Assembly: GCA_019247515.1 (NCBI GenBank)
Contig: JAFAOS010000340.1
Coordinates: 315-64,314 of the forward strand
Source: Chloroflexota bacterium
GTDB lineage: Bacteria > Chloroflexota > UBA6077 > CF-72
Direction of reading: 5' to 3'
Length of the DNA: 64,000 nt
Made by a program: the position numbers and the translations under genes. The first letter of the stretch is position 1; each line of letters starts with the position of its first letter. A model generated the notes under the pieces. That model saw only the letters and a list, made by a program, of their open reading frames with translations, searched no databases and had not been told where the DNA came from. Positions 62,259 through 64,000 of the stretch are shown in pieces.

Positions 62259-63485
62259 GTGCGGGACTGTACTATGGTTGGCTCGATGATTGCCGAGAGT
62301 GACTGGCGCTTGCCCAGTCTGTCGCTTGCCGAGCGTGATCGTCGTTGGGCGCGTGCGCGGGAGCTCATGGCCGAAGCCAATGTGGACTGTCTGATCGCCA
62401 GTGGTCCGACGGGACAGCACTACCGGAACGCCGCCGACGTGAAGTACCTGACGCAGCTTGGGCATAACTCGGAGGAGGTTACGCTGCTTTTTCCGCGCGA
62501 GGGCGACGTGCGAGTGTGGACGAATCCGCCCGGCGAGTGGCCGAACGGTAACTGGATAGGCGCCACCCTGCCGGGCGGTGGCAGCCGTGTGCTGCTCGAG
62601 GCCCTGAAGCCTCATTTCGCACGCGCCACCATCGGCGTGTGTGGCCTGGCGGGCGGCGTCTTCGGCACGGTCCGCCAGCCGGACGGGTACTTTCCGCACA
62701 CCGCACTGCGGAGGCTGGCGGAGAACTTACCCGACGCACGCTTCGTGAACGCCGCCGACCTGCTCGGCCGCGCACGCTTCGTCAAGAGCGCGGAGGAGGT
62801 CCAGTTCCTGCGATGCGCAACACAGCTCGCCGAACGCGGGCTCCACGCGCTGCTGCAAACCGCGCGTGTGGGTGTGTTCGAGCCGCTGATCATGGCCAAC
62901 ATCCTGCAGGCGGAAGTTGCCGCCGGCGGCACACTGCCCATCATGCTGGGCTGGATCTCGGGCCCGTTTGGCGCGGCAAACCACCGTCTCGAGCAACCCA
63001 CGCACAGACTCATGCAGAGCGGCGACTATCTCATGGTCGAGCTCGAGGGGCGCTGGGCTGGCTATATCGGGCAACTCGATCAATCCGTGGTCGTGGGTAA
63101 GGTGCCGGAGTGGGCGCACGACGCCCACCAGGCGGCGGTCCAGAGTTTCTGGGACGTGGTCCAGGCGATGCGCCCGGGCGTAACCCTGGGCGAGCTGCGG
63201 GAGGCTGCTCGCAAAGTGAGCCGCTCACCGGGCGTCGAAGGCGAGCTGATCATGCATGGGCGCGGCCTCGGCGACGACGGCCCTCTGGCGCTTCCACGCC
63301 AGCCCGGCGGCGGCGAGCTGGACCGGGTCGCATTGGAGGAAAACAACGTTTTTCTCGTGAAGCCCAACACCATATACCGTGGCCACCGCGACGCCGGGCA
63401 TGTCGGTGACACCGTGGTGGTCACTGCCTCCGGCGCCGAGCGCCTCGGCACGCGCCCGATCGAGCAGTTCTGGCGACTCGACTGA
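62259..63485 (+). CDS. M24 family metallopeptidase (Xaa-Pro dipeptidase/creatinase-like)
   Basis: A creatinase-like N-domain (ERDRRWARARELMAEANVDCLIASG) and a pita-bread C-domain (GDYLMVELEGRWAGYIGQLDQS, LIMHGRGLG, FLVKPN). The start may be ATG 62274 or 62286. Confidence 0.8.
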   Translation: MRDCTMVGSMIAESDWRLPSLSLAERDRRWARARELMAEANVDCLIASGPTGQHYRNAADVKYLTQLGHNSEEVTLLFPREGDVRVWTNPPGEWPNGNWIGATLPGGGSRVLLEALKPHFARATIGVCGLAGGVFGTVRQPDGYFPHTALRRLAENLPDARFVNAADLLGRARFVKSAEEVQFLRCATQLAERGLHALLQTARVGVFEPLIMANILQAEVAAGGTLPIMLGWISGPFGAANHRLEQPTHRLMQSGDYLMVELEGRWAGYIGQLDQSVVVGKVPEWAHDAHQAAVQSFWDVVQAMRPGVTLGELREAARKVSRSPGVEGELIMHGRGLGDDGPLALPRQPGGGELDRVALEENNVFLVKPNTIYRGHRDAGHVGDTVVVTASGAERLGTRPIEQFWRLD

Positions 63486-63498
63486 CGTGCGCGCCTGC

Positions 63499-63835
63499 CT
63501 AATCGCCGATGAGCATGTGCCGCACCCAGCCTTCCCAGGCCGTGCACAATCTGATCGAAGTGTTGGCCACCGTCTTCGGTCATCCACACACTGCCATCGA
63601 TCATGCCAACGGCGAACACGTCGGGGTCGGCAGGGTCGCCGCACACGGCGCGTGAAGCGGACGAAACGCCTCGGGCAAGCCACCAGCGCGCAACACCTCC
63701 CAGGAGTCACCCTGGTCTTCGCTTCGATAAAAGGCCGTCGCCGAGCCCTCCGCCCGCCGCCACCGGACGTGGCCACCAGGACCCGCGGATTGTCGGGCAT
63801 CGCGGTGATGCTGTGCGAGTCCTGTCAGACTCCGT
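63499..63835 (-). pseudogene. Decayed C-terminal fragment of a BNR/Asp-box repeat protein needing at least two frameshifts
   Basis: Protein-like segments sit in different minus-strand frames: DSHSITAMPDNPRVLVATSGGGG, AEGSATAFYRSEDQGDSWEVLRAGGLPEAF, CGDPADPDVFAVGMIDGSVWMTEDGGQHFDQIV. A short tail ...WEGWVRHMLIGD ends at TAG 63499-63501. SxDxGxxW-type Asp boxes are visible. Confidence 0.45.
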
Positions 63836-64000
63836 TGCTCAGGTTACGCCACCGTGCTCAAATTGCGCACGTGGCTGATGTGCGGTGGCGCCGGAAAATC
63901 CCAATGCGCTGAACATGTGGCAGGAGTACTACATCCAGATCGGCAGCCAGAAGCAGCGATTCGATGTCAATGCATTGTTTGGATCCCACCTACATTCAAT

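Noticed and set aside
63876-64000. Possible start of a plus-strand gene at the window edge (VAPENPNALNMWQEYYIQIGSQKQRFDVNALFGSHLHS), in a lower-GC stretch
   Set aside because: It is only about 40 codons and is cut by the window end. No family was recognised and it is not in the ORF track. This is insufficient to report as a feature.
1-64000. Scan for tRNA/rRNA genes, CRISPR repeat-spacer arrays, IS inverted repeats, integrase/transposase ORFs and recognisable riboswitch cores
   Set aside because: None was found by eye. No GGTTCGAATCC-like T-arms in the intergenic regions, no regularly spaced direct repeats and no DDE or tyrosine recombinase motifs. Small structured RNAs cannot be excluded without covariance-model searches.

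Overview
GC-rich (roughly two thirds G+C by eye) bacterial chromosomal segment, densely coding on both strands. I recognise no rRNA, tRNA, CRISPR array, transposase, integrase or phage gene. About 50 protein genes are supportable. All family calls come from motif recognition by eye; no searches were run. Layout: (1) 0.1-5.2 kb: a phosphoesterase/phospholipase C with a tandemly duplicated unknown N-terminal module, a kinase-like protein, an LLM oxidoreductase and a short hotdog fragment. (2) 5.3-21.9 kb: a catabolic island. It holds an alpha/beta-hydrolase-LuxR fusion regulator and boxB-boxC (benzoyl-CoA epoxidase and ring-cleaving lyase) without boxA, boxD or a CoA ligase. It also holds four more luciferase-like monooxygenases, two paralogous LLM+hydrolase pairs, a tandem-fused family III CoA-transferase, an orphan lipoprotein SBP and a frameshifted GntR abutting a UbiD remnant. 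(3) 25.0-31.3 kb: a cyclic-nucleotide-centred cluster, which I rate the best candidate for an undescribed system. It comprises a two-TM sensor-like protein, a cNMP-binding domain fused to an ion-transporter-type permease, a 981-aa flavoprotein-like/ATP-grasp fusion and a stand-alone cNMP receptor. (4) 31.8-42.1 kb: sugar/polyol oxidation genes (IlvD/Edd dehydratase, fused 2-hydroxyacid dehydrogenase-aldo/keto reductase, GH15, Zwf, SLC13 permease, alditol-oxidase-like flavoenzyme). (5) 43.5-48.7 kb: a LuxR regulator with a gutted NTPase domain, then a three-gene operon of two secreted proteins plus a signal-less NlpC/P60-like protein with a GNxAVQRLL N-terminal motif. (6) 48.8-52.0 kb: a sugar ABC importer without an ATPase. 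(7) 52.1-63.5 kb: an HxlR/MATE divergent pair, DedA, a lipid kinase, a LonC-like protease with degenerate Walker motifs, GltS, a tautomerase, a hydrolase and an M24 peptidase. A multiply frameshifted BNR/Asp-box remnant lies at the 3' edge. The region is unusually rich in domain fusions. Many long ORFs in the track are antisense or alternate-frame artefacts of the high GC content.
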